The notes under the pieces: generated by a model
What the model was told of the DNA's origin: nothing
The model's database searches: none
Seen by the model: only the letters and a program-made list of their open reading frames with translations
Shown here: piece by piece, positions 49,637 to 58,899 of the stretch
Layout: each line of letters begins with the position of its first letter
Position numbering within the stretch: position 1 is the stretch's first letter
NCBI GenBank assembly: GCA_050872545.1
Contig: JBNMHA010000002.1
Coordinates: 1-63,132, forward strand
Direction: 5' to 3'
DNA length: 63,132 nucleotides
Source of the DNA: Spirochaetales bacterium
GTDB taxonomy: Bacteria; Spirochaetota; GWE2-31-10
Position numbers and translations under genes: made by a program

Positions 49637-51553
49637 ATGATCGAAAAAATGAAAAAAGCAACATTGCTTATTTATCATTCCTCTAAAGATAAATTCTTGA
49701 GCGAACTTCAGTCTCTCGGTATGATGCATCTTGAAACAAATAACAGTGTGCAGTCGGAAGAATTATCCGAAACCAGAGATAAAATTATAAGACTTTCAAA
49801 AGCTAAAAAAGTTCTTGAGTCTTATAAAAAAGAAGGTGCTGCGGCAAAAGAAGTATCCGGCGAAGTTTTTGATTTATTGCGTGACTTTGAAAATAAGAAG
49901 AATGAACTTGATTCTCTTCTTACCGAACGTGAGAATCTTAAAAAAGAAAAAGCAGCAGTCGTTCCGTTTGGAAATTTCAATAAGGATGTTTTGAAAGCTC
50001 TTGAAGCAAGCAGAATAAACATAAAGATTTATATTGCTTCAAAGAAAAATTTTGCAAAGATTTCATCTGATGTTGTATGCAGCGAAATTTATGCGGAAGG
50101 TTCAGAAGTTTATTTTGCTGTATTTTACAAAGATGAAAATGAACTTCAGCAGATTCAGGGAACAGAATGCAAAATTCCGGACAGAAATTTGGCAGAAGTG
50201 CAGCAGCGTGCAAATGAAGTTGATGCGCTGATAAAAAAATCTGAAAATGCACTGAAAAATATGGTAGGAATTTTGCCGCTGATTGACAAAGAAATGGCAG
50301 AACAGGAAGATTTGCTTCATTATCAAGTTGCGTCGGAAAGTTTGTCATCAGAAGTTGACGGAAAAGTTCTTGTAATTACAGGGTTCTTTCAGGCAAAACA
50401 AGAGGATAAAATAAAAGCGTTTCTTGAAAATGAAGATGTTGCGTATTTAATAGAAGATCCGACAGAAGAAGATTCTACTCCTATTAAATTAAATAATGGA
50501 AAGCTTGCAAGTTTGTTTGAACCAGTAGGAAATTTATTCAGCTTACCTGATTACTTTGAGCTTGATGTTGTTCCGTTTTTTGCTCCGTTTTTTGCATTTT
50601 TCTTTGGAATTTGTTTAGGCGATTTAGGATATGGACTGATAATTGTGTTGCTTTGTCTTTTTGCTTTATTAAAAGTAAAAAACAAAAGCGTCAGAAATAT
50701 TGTGAAGCTTGGTCTGATACTTGGTATTTGTACCGGTATTGCAGGTTTTATGCTCAATGGTTTTTTTGGAACAAATATTATAAAAGCCGACGGATCAGCA
50801 GGAATGCCGATTTTTGAATCAATCAAGAATTATGTAACATTCAGCAATCCTAACGATAGAACCGGTCCTATGGTATTTGCAATACTTTTGGGTGTAGCGC
50901 AGCTGCTGTTAGGTTATATTTTAAATGCTTATAATCGTTGCAAAAATGATGGCTGGCAGGGCTTATTTCAGCCTATCGGTACAATTTTGATTATGTTGGG
51001 TGCCGTTGCGCTTGTAATGGTATGGATGTATAAACCTACAGACGCTAATCCGTTTGAAAACTTTAAAATCGGACCGATTCCTTTGGGAAGCTGGTTGGTG
51101 GCTATAGGTGGCGGAACAGTTGCTGGGTTGGTAAAATTAATGACAATTCTTGTGGCTGTAGGCGTTGTATTGGTTCTGCTGTTCAATAACATTGATAAGA
51201 ATATTTTTATTCGTCCGGTTGCCGGTTTGTGGGAAATGTACAATATTATAACAGGCTTGTTAAGTGATTTGCTTTCATACATACGTTTGTTTGCATTGGG
51301 ACTTGCCGGCGGACTTTTAGGTTCAGCATTTAACGACATTGCATTAATGCTGAAAGATGTTTTTCCCGGCGGAATTGTGCTGACAATATTAGTAATGATT
51401 ATTGGTCATACATTGAATTTTTTATTGAATGCAATCGGTTCATTTGTACATCCGTTGCGTTTGACATTTGTTGAATTTTATAAAGCCGTTGGCTTCAATG
51501 GGGGCGGAAAACCGTTTATCCCTTTTAGTAATAAAGCATCAAAAAATAATTAA
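49637..51553 (+). CDS. atpI: V-type ATPase subunit I (a-subunit)
   Basis: 638 aa. Soluble N-terminal half plus a multi-TM C-terminal half with a conserved Arg region (YIRLFALGLAG). Confidence 0.9.
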   Translation: MIEKMKKATLLIYHSSKDKFLSELQSLGMMHLETNNSVQSEELSETRDKIIRLSKAKKVLESYKKEGAAAKEVSGEVFDLLRDFENKKNELDSLLTERENLKKEKAAVVPFGNFNKDVLKALEASRINIKIYIASKKNFAKISSDVVCSEIYAEGSEVYFAVFYKDENELQQIQGTECKIPDRNLAEVQQRANEVDALIKKSENALKNMVGILPLIDKEMAEQEDLLHYQVASESLSSEVDGKVLVITGFFQAKQEDKIKAFLENEDVAYLIEDPTEEDSTPIKLNNGKLASLFEPVGNLFSLPDYFELDVVPFFAPFFAFFFGICLGDLGYGLIIVLLCLFALLKVKNKSVRNIVKLGLILGICTGIAGFMLNGFFGTNIIKADGSAGMPIFESIKNYVTFSNPNDRTGPMVFAILLGVAQLLLGYILNAYNRCKNDGWQGLFQPIGTILIMLGAVALVMVWMYKPTDANPFENFKIGPIPLGSWLVAIGGGTVAGLVKLMTILVAVGVVLVLLFNNIDKNIFIRPVAGLWEMYNIITGLLSDLLSYIRLFALGLAGGLLGSAFNDIALMLKDVFPGGIVLTILVMIIGHTLNFLLNAIGSFVHPLRLTFVEFYKAVGFNGGGKPFIPFSNKASKNN

Positions 51554-51579
51554 CTTTTAAAAAAGGAAGGAGTTCTATA

Positions 51580-52032
51580 ATGACATTAGGATTTGTTTTA
51601 GCAGGAATTGGTTTAGCATTTATGGTTGGTTTGGCAGGTTGTGGTTCTGCATTCGGTACAAGTTCTGCAGGTAGTGCAGCTGTTGGAGCTTTGAAAAAGA
51701 AACCTGAAAGTTTTGGTTCTTATATGGTTTTGGCTGCACTTCCAGCAACACAGGGTTTGTATGGTTTTGTTAGTTACATTATTTGGTCTGGTTCTGTAAA
51801 TCAGCAAATGGGCGTTTTGGCTGGATCATTATGTTTGGCATCAGGTATTGCTGTAGGTTTGGTTGGTTTAATATCAGCTATTTATCAGGCAAAAGTTTGT
51901 GCTTCCGGTATTAATGCTATCGGTTCTGGTCACAATGTATTTGGTAACACAATGATTTTTGCTGCGTTCCCTGAATTCTATGCGATCCTTGCATTGGTTG
52001 CAAGTATCTTGATGAATGGTATTGCAGCTTAA
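51580..52032 (+). CDS. atpK: V-type ATPase proteolipid subunit K
   Basis: 150 aa. Four Gly/Ala-rich TM helices. Confidence 0.9.
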   Translation: MTLGFVLAGIGLAFMVGLAGCGSAFGTSSAGSAAVGALKKKPESFGSYMVLAALPATQGLYGFVSYIIWSGSVNQQMGVLAGSLCLASGIAVGLVGLISAIYQAKVCASGINAIGSGHNVFGNTMIFAAFPEFYAILALVASILMNGIAA

Positions 52033-52050
52033 TTTCAATTTTTAATAAAC

Positions 52051-52113
52051 AAAAGCCTCGACGTAATGAAGTGCCTAATAATTGAGGTACGCTTCATAAT
52101 CGAGGCTTTTTTT
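52051..52113 (+). terminator. Rho-independent terminator of the V-ATPase operon
   Basis: 11-bp stem aaaagcctcga/tcgaggctttt around a partly paired interior, then a T7 run. Confidence 0.8.
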
Positions 52114-52173
52114 ATTATGACTATTGGTATAAAACAAATTGTGAAGTAAAATGCGGAACAAAAGGAGACTGCA

Positions 52174-54168
52174 ATGCAACTTTTGAAAGTAGTAAGTGAC
52201 TTTGCTCCGGGAGGCGACCAGCCGCAGGCGATAGAAAAGTTATCTGCTAATTTAAAATTGGGAATGAAATTTCAAACACTTTTGGGAGTAACCGGTTCCG
52301 GAAAAACTTATACAATGGCAAAAATCATTGAGCAGGTGCAAAAACCGACGTTGATTTTAGCACATAATAAAACATTAGCAGCTCAGCTATACCGCGAGTT
52401 TAAAGATTTTTTCCCGAACAATGCAGTGAAATATTTTGTTTCCTATTATGACTATTATCAGCCGGAAGCTTATATTGCTTCACGTGACCTTTATATAGAA
52501 AAAGACGCAAGTATAAACGATGAAATTGAAATGATGCGGCTTGATGCAACAAGTGCACTGATGGATCGGCGTGACGTAATTATTGTCGCTACGGTAAGCT
52601 GTATTTATGGGTTGGGAAATCCTGATGATTATAAAAACTTAAGTATAAAATTGAAAGTCGGAGATGAGATAGAGCGAAAGGAACTGTTTCTGCGACTTGT
52701 AGAAATTCAATATTCCAGAGAAGATGATGTTTTTGAACGTGCAAAATTCAGAGTGCGCGGTGATATGATTGATATTTTCCCGGCATATTCAAAAACCGGA
52801 GTACGCCTTGAGTTCTGGGGAGATGAAATTGAAAGAATAGTGAGATTTGATGTAATGAACAATAATGAACTGGAAGAAGTTCGGGAAATTACAATCTTCC
52901 CGGCTAAACATTTTGTTACTAGTAAAGAAGCATTGAATGCAATTATTCCGCAGATAAAGGAAGAAATGGAAGCACGCTGTGAATGGTTTAAATCGCAGGA
53001 TAGAATTTTGGAAGCTCAGCGGCTTCGTTCTAAAACAGAGTATGATTTGGATATGCTTGGGGAAATTGGTTACTGCAAAGGAATTGAAAATTATTCGCGG
53101 TATTTTGCTCATCGTGGAGCCGGAGAGAGACCTTCTACGCTTATCGACTTCTTTCCTGAAGATTTTTTGCTGTTTATTGATGAAGCACATGTTTCTGTGC
53201 CGCAGATTGGCGGAATGTCTAACGGTGACAGAGCTAGAAAGCAGGCTTTGATTGAATATGGTTTCAGGCTGCCGTCCGCTCTTGATAATCGTCCGCTTTA
53301 TTACAATGAATTTGAATCGCTTATTTCGCAATGTGTTTTTGTTTCGGCAACACCACGTGATGAAGAAAAGAAAATTTCCGGTGCGATTGTAGAGCAGATT
53401 ATTCGTCCTACCGGGCTTGTTGACCCAGAAATTTTTGTGCGTCCTACGGAATTTCAGATAGATGATATTATGAATGAAATCAGTAAAACCGTTGCAAAGA
53501 ATGAACGTGTTCTGATTACTACATTGACAAAAAAAATGGCTGAAGATTTAACAGAGTATCTTGCAAATCATGGAATAAAAGTTCGTTATCTTCATTCTGA
53601 AATAGAGACAATTGAGCGTGTAGAAATAATAAAAGGGCTTAGAGCCGGCGATTTCGATGTTTTAATTGGTATAAATTTGTTGCGTGAAGGGCTTGATATG
53701 CCGGAAGTTTCGCTTGTAGCTATAATGGACGCTGATAAAATCGGCTTTCTGCGTTCCGCAACGTCTTTGATTCAGACAATCGGACGTGCTGCCAGAAATG
53801 CTGATGGACGTGTAATAATGTATGCCGACAGAGAATCTGATGCTATGAAAGAGGCAATTGCGGAAACATCTCGCCGCCGGGAAATCCAATTGGAATATAA
53901 TAAGCAACATGGGATTGTACCTAAAACGATTCGTAAAAAAATAGAAGATATTCTTGTTCGTCAGAAAGATTTGGAAGTACGCGAGGAAAATAACCAGTTA
54001 GCTGAAATGCAGAAGAAGTATAATTTCCTTAATCCGGCGTCTCGTAAAAATTATTTGAAACAACTAAAAGCAGAAATGACGGAGTGTGCAAAAAATCTTG
54101 AGTTTGAAAAGGCGGCTGTTTTGCGTGATGAAATAGAACAGCGTAAAAAAGAATGGAACATTACATAA
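52174..54168 (+). CDS. uvrB: Excinuclease ABC subunit B
   Basis: 664 aa. GVTGSGKT, DEAH-like FIDEAH, and a C-terminal UVR domain (FEKAAVLRDEI). Confidence 0.96.
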   Translation: MQLLKVVSDFAPGGDQPQAIEKLSANLKLGMKFQTLLGVTGSGKTYTMAKIIEQVQKPTLILAHNKTLAAQLYREFKDFFPNNAVKYFVSYYDYYQPEAYIASRDLYIEKDASINDEIEMMRLDATSALMDRRDVIIVATVSCIYGLGNPDDYKNLSIKLKVGDEIERKELFLRLVEIQYSREDDVFERAKFRVRGDMIDIFPAYSKTGVRLEFWGDEIERIVRFDVMNNNELEEVREITIFPAKHFVTSKEALNAIIPQIKEEMEARCEWFKSQDRILEAQRLRSKTEYDLDMLGEIGYCKGIENYSRYFAHRGAGERPSTLIDFFPEDFLLFIDEAHVSVPQIGGMSNGDRARKQALIEYGFRLPSALDNRPLYYNEFESLISQCVFVSATPRDEEKKISGAIVEQIIRPTGLVDPEIFVRPTEFQIDDIMNEISKTVAKNERVLITTLTKKMAEDLTEYLANHGIKVRYLHSEIETIERVEIIKGLRAGDFDVLIGINLLREGLDMPEVSLVAIMDADKIGFLRSATSLIQTIGRAARNADGRVIMYADRESDAMKEAIAETSRRREIQLEYNKQHGIVPKTIRKKIEDILVRQKDLEVREENNQLAEMQKKYNFLNPASRKNYLKQLKAEMTECAKNLEFEKAAVLRDEIEQRKKEWNIT

Positions 54169-54211
54169 GTTAATTTTTGCGTGCTAATGCAAGAGCTTGC
54201 CGCAATTCATT

Positions 54212-54247
54212 AAAGCAAAGGGACAGACCCCAATTCCGAAACGGAAT
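54212..54247. repeat. 36-bp direct repeat DR1, copy a (abuts the amidohydrolase stop codon)
   Basis: aaagcaaagggacagaccccaattccgaaacggaat, identical to 55072-55107. Confidence 0.95.
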
Positions 54248-54984
54248 TACATTAATCCGTAAATGCGTCTACAATCTTTTTCATATTGTGTTGTTAATTC
54301 AAGGTTTTTGTTATTCCAGTAATGAGTAATCGGAAAATCAGTTCCGAATAAAATGCGTGATTGTAAAATGTGGTTCTTTCTGGTAGCAAATAGCAGCTGC
54401 TTTATTTTTCGACGAGAAAGAAAAGCGATGTCACATGCAACATTAGAATATTTCAGCAGCATGTTGATTGTATCATTAACTGGCTGGCTGTGTGCAAGTA
54501 TAATTTTTGCAGCTGAGTAACTTTTTATAAAATGTTCAAAACGAAATGGTGACTGCTTATCTCCTATTCCGCTGTGAATAAGAATCGTTTTGCCGCTTTC
54601 TGCTGACCAACAAAAAATTTCATCTAAAGATTTCCTATGTGCATGATTGTCAAAGTTCCAGTCATGAGCAATAGGATGAAGCTTTATTCCGCAGTAATCA
54701 AATGCTTGCACTGCCGATTTAACGGAAATTCTTTGTTCTGCATACCGAGTAGTAAACCATAAATAAGGCTTTGTTTTTATTATTGATGATTTATAGCTTT
54801 GTGCAGCAGCAATTTCTTCTTCTATTCGAGAAAGTTCCACATCATAACGACATGATGAGGTGGATGAATATTGAATGCAGTCGATTCCGTACTGGCTTGC
54901 GGTGTGTTCGATTGCTTCAAATATTGCGTGTGCGTCATAATATTTTTCGTTGAATTGTCCAATGTGAACGTGTACATCTGTCAT
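54247..54984 (-). CDS. Amidohydrolase-2 / TIM-barrel metal-dependent hydrolase
   Basis: 245 aa. N-terminal DVHVHIG (HxH), internal His residues, C-terminal FGTDFP. Confidence 0.7.
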   Translation of the reverse strand: MTDVHVHIGQFNEKYYDAHAIFEAIEHTASQYGIDCIQYSSTSSCRYDVELSRIEEEIAAAQSYKSSIIKTKPYLWFTTRYAEQRISVKSAVQAFDYCGIKLHPIAHDWNFDNHAHRKSLDEIFCWSAESGKTILIHSGIGDKQSPFRFEHFIKSYSAAKIILAHSQPVNDTINMLLKYSNVACDIAFLSRRKIKQLLFATRKNHILQSRILFGTDFPITHYWNNKNLELTTQYEKDCRRIYGLM

Positions 54985-55042
54985 TTTGTTAATTGTAAAA
55001 CTTTGATTTTCATGTTTTGTTTCTAAATTTTGCTAAAGAAAG

Positions 55043-55066
55043 ATTCCCGTGTCGGTACACGGGAAT
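55043..55066 (-). repeat. REP-like hairpin attcccgtg-N6-cacgggaat (family member)
   Basis: Perfect 9-bp stem with the flanks tgtc/ct of the family when read on the minus strand. Confidence 0.85.
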
Positions 55067-55071
55067 GACAC

Positions 55072-55107
55072 AAAGCAAAGGGACAGACCCCAATTCCGAA
55101 ACGGAAT
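55072..55107. repeat. 36-bp direct repeat DR1, copy b (here completed into a nested hairpin by agaggtctg)
   Basis: Identical to 54212-54247. cagacc/ggtctg and attccg/cggaat stems. Confidence 0.95.
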
Positions 55108-55137
55108 AGAGGTCTGACACCAAACTAGATTTTATGC

Positions 55138-55161
55138 ATTATCAGATATTTTTCGCTGCTG
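55138..55161. repeat. 24-bp direct repeat DR2, copy a
   Basis: attatcagatatttttcgctgctg, identical to 55715-55738. Confidence 0.95.
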
Positions 55162-55164
55162 TGT

Positions 55165-55626
55165 TTATTTGTTCATTTCGTAGAAGTTTTCTATATAACC
55201 TTTCAAGCAGCCAAGAATCTCTCCGTATTTTCTAGGATTATTATATGGTCCTCCGGAACAAGTAAAAGTTTGTGATTGAAATGTCATTGGAACTTCAATT
55301 ATGACTTGACTAGGGTAACAAGTTCCTGAATCTTTAATTCTATTCATAATAAAAGTTGCTTCAATTTTTATTAATGTTGTTCCCAACTCATTATCAATAA
55401 TTTCATTTGATATTATTAATTTGTTATCAAATGCAGCTATTTTTGTATTGGTAGATTCAAAAAACTTATCTCCAAATAAAGTACCTACAGTTTTATTACT
55501 TCCATACATAACATCTGATAAAATAATAGCTGAATTTTTCATCCAAGAAGGAATTGTTCCCTTTGATTGTGCAAAAATCATTGACGCTGTTACTAGCATA
55601 AGAAGTACTATAAATTTCTTTTTCAT
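55165..55626 (-). CDS. Hypothetical secreted protein
   Basis: Start MKKKFIVLLMLVTASMIFAQ after a TAGGAGG RBS (internal ATG of the 172-aa ORF). No recognisable domain. Confidence 0.6.
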   Translation of the reverse strand: MKKKFIVLLMLVTASMIFAQSKGTIPSWMKNSAIILSDVMYGSNKTVGTLFGDKFFESTNTKIAAFDNKLIISNEIIDNELGTTLIKIEATFIMNRIKDSGTCYPSQVIIEVPMTFQSQTFTCSGGPYNNPRKYGEILGCLKGYIENFYEMNK

Positions 55627-55714
55627 TAAAAATCCTCCTAAAAAAATATTATGAAGTTCATTATTTTCTTTTAATATTTTCATATTTAATTTCCTTATAA
55701 CTTTATAGGCAAAA

Positions 55715-55738
55715 ATTATCAGATATTTTTCGCTGCTG
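55715..55738. repeat. 24-bp direct repeat DR2, copy b
   Basis: Identical to 55138-55161. Confidence 0.95.
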
Positions 55739-55806
55739 AAATATGGCTACAATTTCAATCCATTATTGTAATCTTTTTAATAAATTTCCAATTAGGGAAG
55801 ATTTTA

Positions 55807-56103
55807 TCAGGAAATTGTACCGCGTTTAATTGACCTTTCAATAGATTTCCAATTAGGGAAGATTTTATCCCTTAACTTTGAAATCGGAGTAATTCTTATC
55901 CAGACGTGCATACCTATTTGAGAAGTCATCGGTATACCGAAAACATTATCGAAATACTGAGGAGAATAATTAGGGCATGGGGGGTCTGAAGATTCCATCT
56001 TTGGAGGTGCTAGAGAAGAGGTTTTTACTACTTTACCGCACATGAGACATTCCCATCCGAAAAAAGGCGTTCTTGTGAATTTTACGTTGTTTTTTGTTTC
56101 CAT
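55807..56103 (-). CDS. Small CxxC protein, paralog 1 (98 aa)
   Basis: METKNNVKFTRTPFFGWECLMCGK... preceded by a GGAGGA RBS. Shares the N-terminus, WECxxCGK, PP and MHxW with 58531-58731. Confidence 0.6.
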   Translation of the reverse strand: METKNNVKFTRTPFFGWECLMCGKVVKTSSLAPPKMESSDPPCPNYSPQYFDNVFGIPMTSQIGMHVWIRITPISKLRDKIFPNWKSIERSIKRGTIS

Positions 56104-56175
56104 GATTTTTCCTCCGAGTAAAAAAAACAAAATACTGCGTGATTATTTGCAGTACTTTGTTGTAATGAAAGACGA

Positions 56176-57804
56176 CTATAAACTTTCTGACGGACAAACG
56201 CTGACTGTAGCAGTGTAATCTCCGGTTGCAGTGAAAGTGATTACGTATTTTGTGCCTTTGGTAAGCATTGAAATCGGTAATCTTATGTCGCTGCCGTTTT
56301 TAACTGACTCAAATTCAGTGTTAAATGAGGTTATAACTGCGTTGCCCATTCTTAAATTATGATCATCACTGTAAAAAAGGAATTCCAAATAATCATCATA
56401 ATAAGAATACTGTGTATCAGCAGAATAAGTGAATTCATAAGTGTTGTTTGTCAATTCCTTATAATTCCAGTCGGTAAGGTTTCCGTAGATATATTTAATG
56501 CTGCTTGTTGTAGGCAGAACTTCTTTGTTAATATTTTCGGGAAAAGCTTCTTCGGTTGGTTCAAGAATTGCCAAACCAACGCCCCACATATAGAACGGAT
56601 AGCAAGAAGATTCACTTGTAACACATCCGAGAATCATAGGAACATAATCGCTTTCGATATTGCCTTTATTTTCCCAGACATCTTCATTTGACTCACTATG
56701 GCTTCTTGTCAAAAGAATGTCCTTGTTAATTTTTGTAATATCGAAAATTACAATGTAGTTTCCTTCATTATCTTTTTTGATACCAAGTCCTGTATATTCT
56801 TCGCCGTTTACTCCGCAAGGCTGCAAATATGTATCTTCGGAAAGATTTGAAACCGTAATTTTAGCATTGCCGACATTATTATTTGCATAAATATAGCACA
56901 TATTTTCATCAGTAAATAAACTGTATTCATCGATGATTTCACCGTTTATCATTTTTGCCACAACATCACGAGGAGCCAGAACAATTTTCAGGAACTTGCA
57001 ATCTTCACTGCTTGCCCAACCATTGCCGATTCCTTCTTTTATTAATGTAGTAGTATAAACTCCGCTTGTGCTGACAACAGCTTCTTCCGGAAATGGAACG
57101 AATGGAGTTTCTTGCCATTTAGCCCAAAGTTCCACATCTGCGTTTCTTTCATTTCCGTGAATATAGCTGATTGAATTGCCTAAAAAATTTTCATTTTCGT
57201 ACCAACCGCAAAACTTATAGCCGGCATAAGTCGGTGATTGCAGATAAACATAATCACTTTCTGAAAAAACTGATGGGTTGGAAGGGTGATTCTTTCCGCC
57301 GTTAAGATTGTAAATGATTTTGTTGCCTGTTTCATCTGACGGTTGAACCCATTTTACATCAACAATTACATTGATAGTTTTGCTGTACGGAGTGATGGAA
57401 ATTGAAACTCGCTGATACCCGGAATCGTAATAAAGATATTTTTGAGTAGAACCGTCGGCAATCGGGTCATGCTTATAATTGTACGCCGTGATTGCTATGG
57501 TATAAAGTCCTTCTTTTGTAAGTCCGATTTTAATGGTATCGTCAAAACCAGCTGTTTTTTCTACAACTACGTTTGAATTCAAGCTGACTTGAACTTTGAA
57601 AAACGATACTTCATCAATTGTGTAGTAAGTTGAACGTGAACCGGCAAGATTTGCAAAAGAAATTATGAATCCCATATCGGATGAAGATTCGCCGAGTGTT
57701 GTGTTTTCCCCGTTGTTGCTGCCGTCGGAGTAACTTGTACAACCAAACAGAACTAAAACTGTAAAAACAAATAAACTGAAAATTGAACGATAGAAATTTT
57801 TCAT
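56176..57804 (-). CDS. Surface lipoprotein with a Listeria-Bacteroides (InlB B-repeat type) repeat
   Basis: 542 aa. Lipobox LVLFGC. The segment IIYNLNGGKNHPSNP...YAGYKFCGWYENENF...ELWAKW matches the repeat family. Confidence 0.7.
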   Translation of the reverse strand: MKNFYRSIFSLFVFTVLVLFGCTSYSDGSNNGENTTLGESSSDMGFIISFANLAGSRSTYYTIDEVSFFKVQVSLNSNVVVEKTAGFDDTIKIGLTKEGLYTIAITAYNYKHDPIADGSTQKYLYYDSGYQRVSISITPYSKTINVIVDVKWVQPSDETGNKIIYNLNGGKNHPSNPSVFSESDYVYLQSPTYAGYKFCGWYENENFLGNSISYIHGNERNADVELWAKWQETPFVPFPEEAVVSTSGVYTTTLIKEGIGNGWASSEDCKFLKIVLAPRDVVAKMINGEIIDEYSLFTDENMCYIYANNNVGNAKITVSNLSEDTYLQPCGVNGEEYTGLGIKKDNEGNYIVIFDITKINKDILLTRSHSESNEDVWENKGNIESDYVPMILGCVTSESSCYPFYMWGVGLAILEPTEEAFPENINKEVLPTTSSIKYIYGNLTDWNYKELTNNTYEFTYSADTQYSYYDDYLEFLFYSDDHNLRMGNAVITSFNTEFESVKNGSDIRLPISMLTKGTKYVITFTATGDYTATVSVCPSESL

Positions 57805-58110
57805 AATACACCTCCTGAAAAATTAAACTAAACATTAGAACTGTCTGAAATAATTAACAGTTCGCTTTATTGACTTTCTTGGATTGTGCTGAAAACTTTT
57901 GTTATTGATTGTTTGCATTAACTTTTTAATTAAAAAAACAGATTAACCGAGTTGTTGTCTCGGTCATTTACACTGGTTGCCCAGCTTATAAAACCTCCTC
58001 CTTGCGTGAAAATATCTTAATTAAGAAGTATTATATCATACGACCCTATCAAATCTCGATAGAGCAAAAATTTTTTTTTTTAATTTTTTTCTAAAAAAAT
58101 CAACGTCTTC

Positions 58111-58455
58111 TTATTGAATTAAAGTGTAAATATTACAGTACTTCGTTTGTAAGGAAAAATTTGATGAATGCTTTTCAACAACTTGTTTCAATAAATTTCC
58201 TGCATCTTTTGCCGCTTGTTTATATTGCTTTTCTTCATTTGCCAAATGTGAATTTTTGTCATAAAGAATTTGTAATGGAGTTCCGTTCCAATTTGCATTT
58301 TCTTTCCCAACCAAATCACGTAGTGTAAATGGTTTGGAGAGATTTCTTTTTATCCAATTATTAACACGTTTTTTCAGGTATTTTTTTATTTTTTGAAGTT
58401 CATTATTACTTAATTTTTTCGTGATTTTTGCAGGTGAATTGTTGTTTATAATCAT
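58111..58455 (-). CDS. Hypothetical basic protein (114 aa)
   Basis: Open frame with a weak RBS. No recognisable domain. Confidence 0.45.
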   Translation of the reverse strand: MIINNNSPAKITKKLSNNELQKIKKYLKKRVNNWIKRNLSKPFTLRDLVGKENANWNGTPLQILYDKNSHLANEEKQYKQAAKDAGNLLKQVVEKHSSNFSLQTKYCNIYTLIQ

Positions 58456-58472
58456 TGTTTATCTTCTTGATT

Positions 58473-58519
58473 AAAAAACATAACTGTCAATGTGTAGATA
58501 TCTCCACATTAACAGTTAT
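58473..58519 (-). terminator. Strong intrinsic terminator between the CxxC gene and the 114-aa gene
   Basis: 15-bp stem (ataactgttaatgtg / cacattgacagttat on the minus strand, one G-U pair), 10-nt loop, then GTTTTTT. Confidence 0.75.
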
Positions 58520-58530
58520 ATTCCCATAAA

Positions 58531-58731
58531 TTAAGAGACTCTTCTCCAAGAGTGCATTTTAAGCGGACTAGCACTGCACCCCTTCGCTGGTGGCATTGTG
58601 GAAAAGTTTTTTGTTTTTCCACACAAACGACATTCCCATCTGTAGATGTTTACCGCAACAAAGTTTCCGTCACCTAAGTTTTCAGCATAGAATGATGTGT
58701 TTGTAAATTTTACATTGTTTTTTTGTTCCAT
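58531..58731 (-). CDS. Small CxxC protein, paralog 2 (66 aa)
   Basis: MEQKNNVKFTNTSF...RWECRLCGK...MPPAKGCSASPLKMHSW after a GGAGG RBS. This uses an internal start of the 99-aa ORF. Confidence 0.6.
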   Translation of the reverse strand: MEQKNNVKFTNTSFYAENLGDGNFVAVNIYRWECRLCGKTKNFSTMPPAKGCSASPLKMHSWRRVS

Positions 58732-58759
58732 AAAGTACCTCCTAAGTATTAAATTGAAG

Positions 58760-58788
58760 AAAGTTACGTATTCTGAATACGTAACTTT
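58760..58788. promoter_or_regulatory. 29-bp palindrome aaagttacgtattc-t-gaatacgtaacttt in the divergent promoter region (putative XRE operator)
   Basis: Perfect 14-bp arms. A third half-site aatacgtattc lies at 58829-58839. Confidence 0.55.
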
Positions 58789-58806
58789 GCTTACTGTAAT
58801 AGTGAT

Positions 58807-58825
58807 AATACTAAATTTTAGTATT
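58807..58825. promoter_or_regulatory. 19-bp palindrome aatactaaa-t-tttagtatt (second putative operator)
   Basis: Perfect 9-bp arms, between the two divergent start codons. Confidence 0.45.
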
Positions 58826-58899
58826 GTCAATACGTATTCAAGGTTAGTGAGTATTTATAGTACGTTTATTAAAAAGTGATTTTCGGTAAATTCAACTAA

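Noticed and set aside
54212-55869. Integron gene cassettes for the repeat-bracketed genes near uvrB
   Set aside because: Each gene is bracketed by a different 24-36 bp exact repeat rather than by a shared attC-type imperfect palindrome with 7-bp cores, and there is no integrase nearby. Kept as a finding, but not called an integron.
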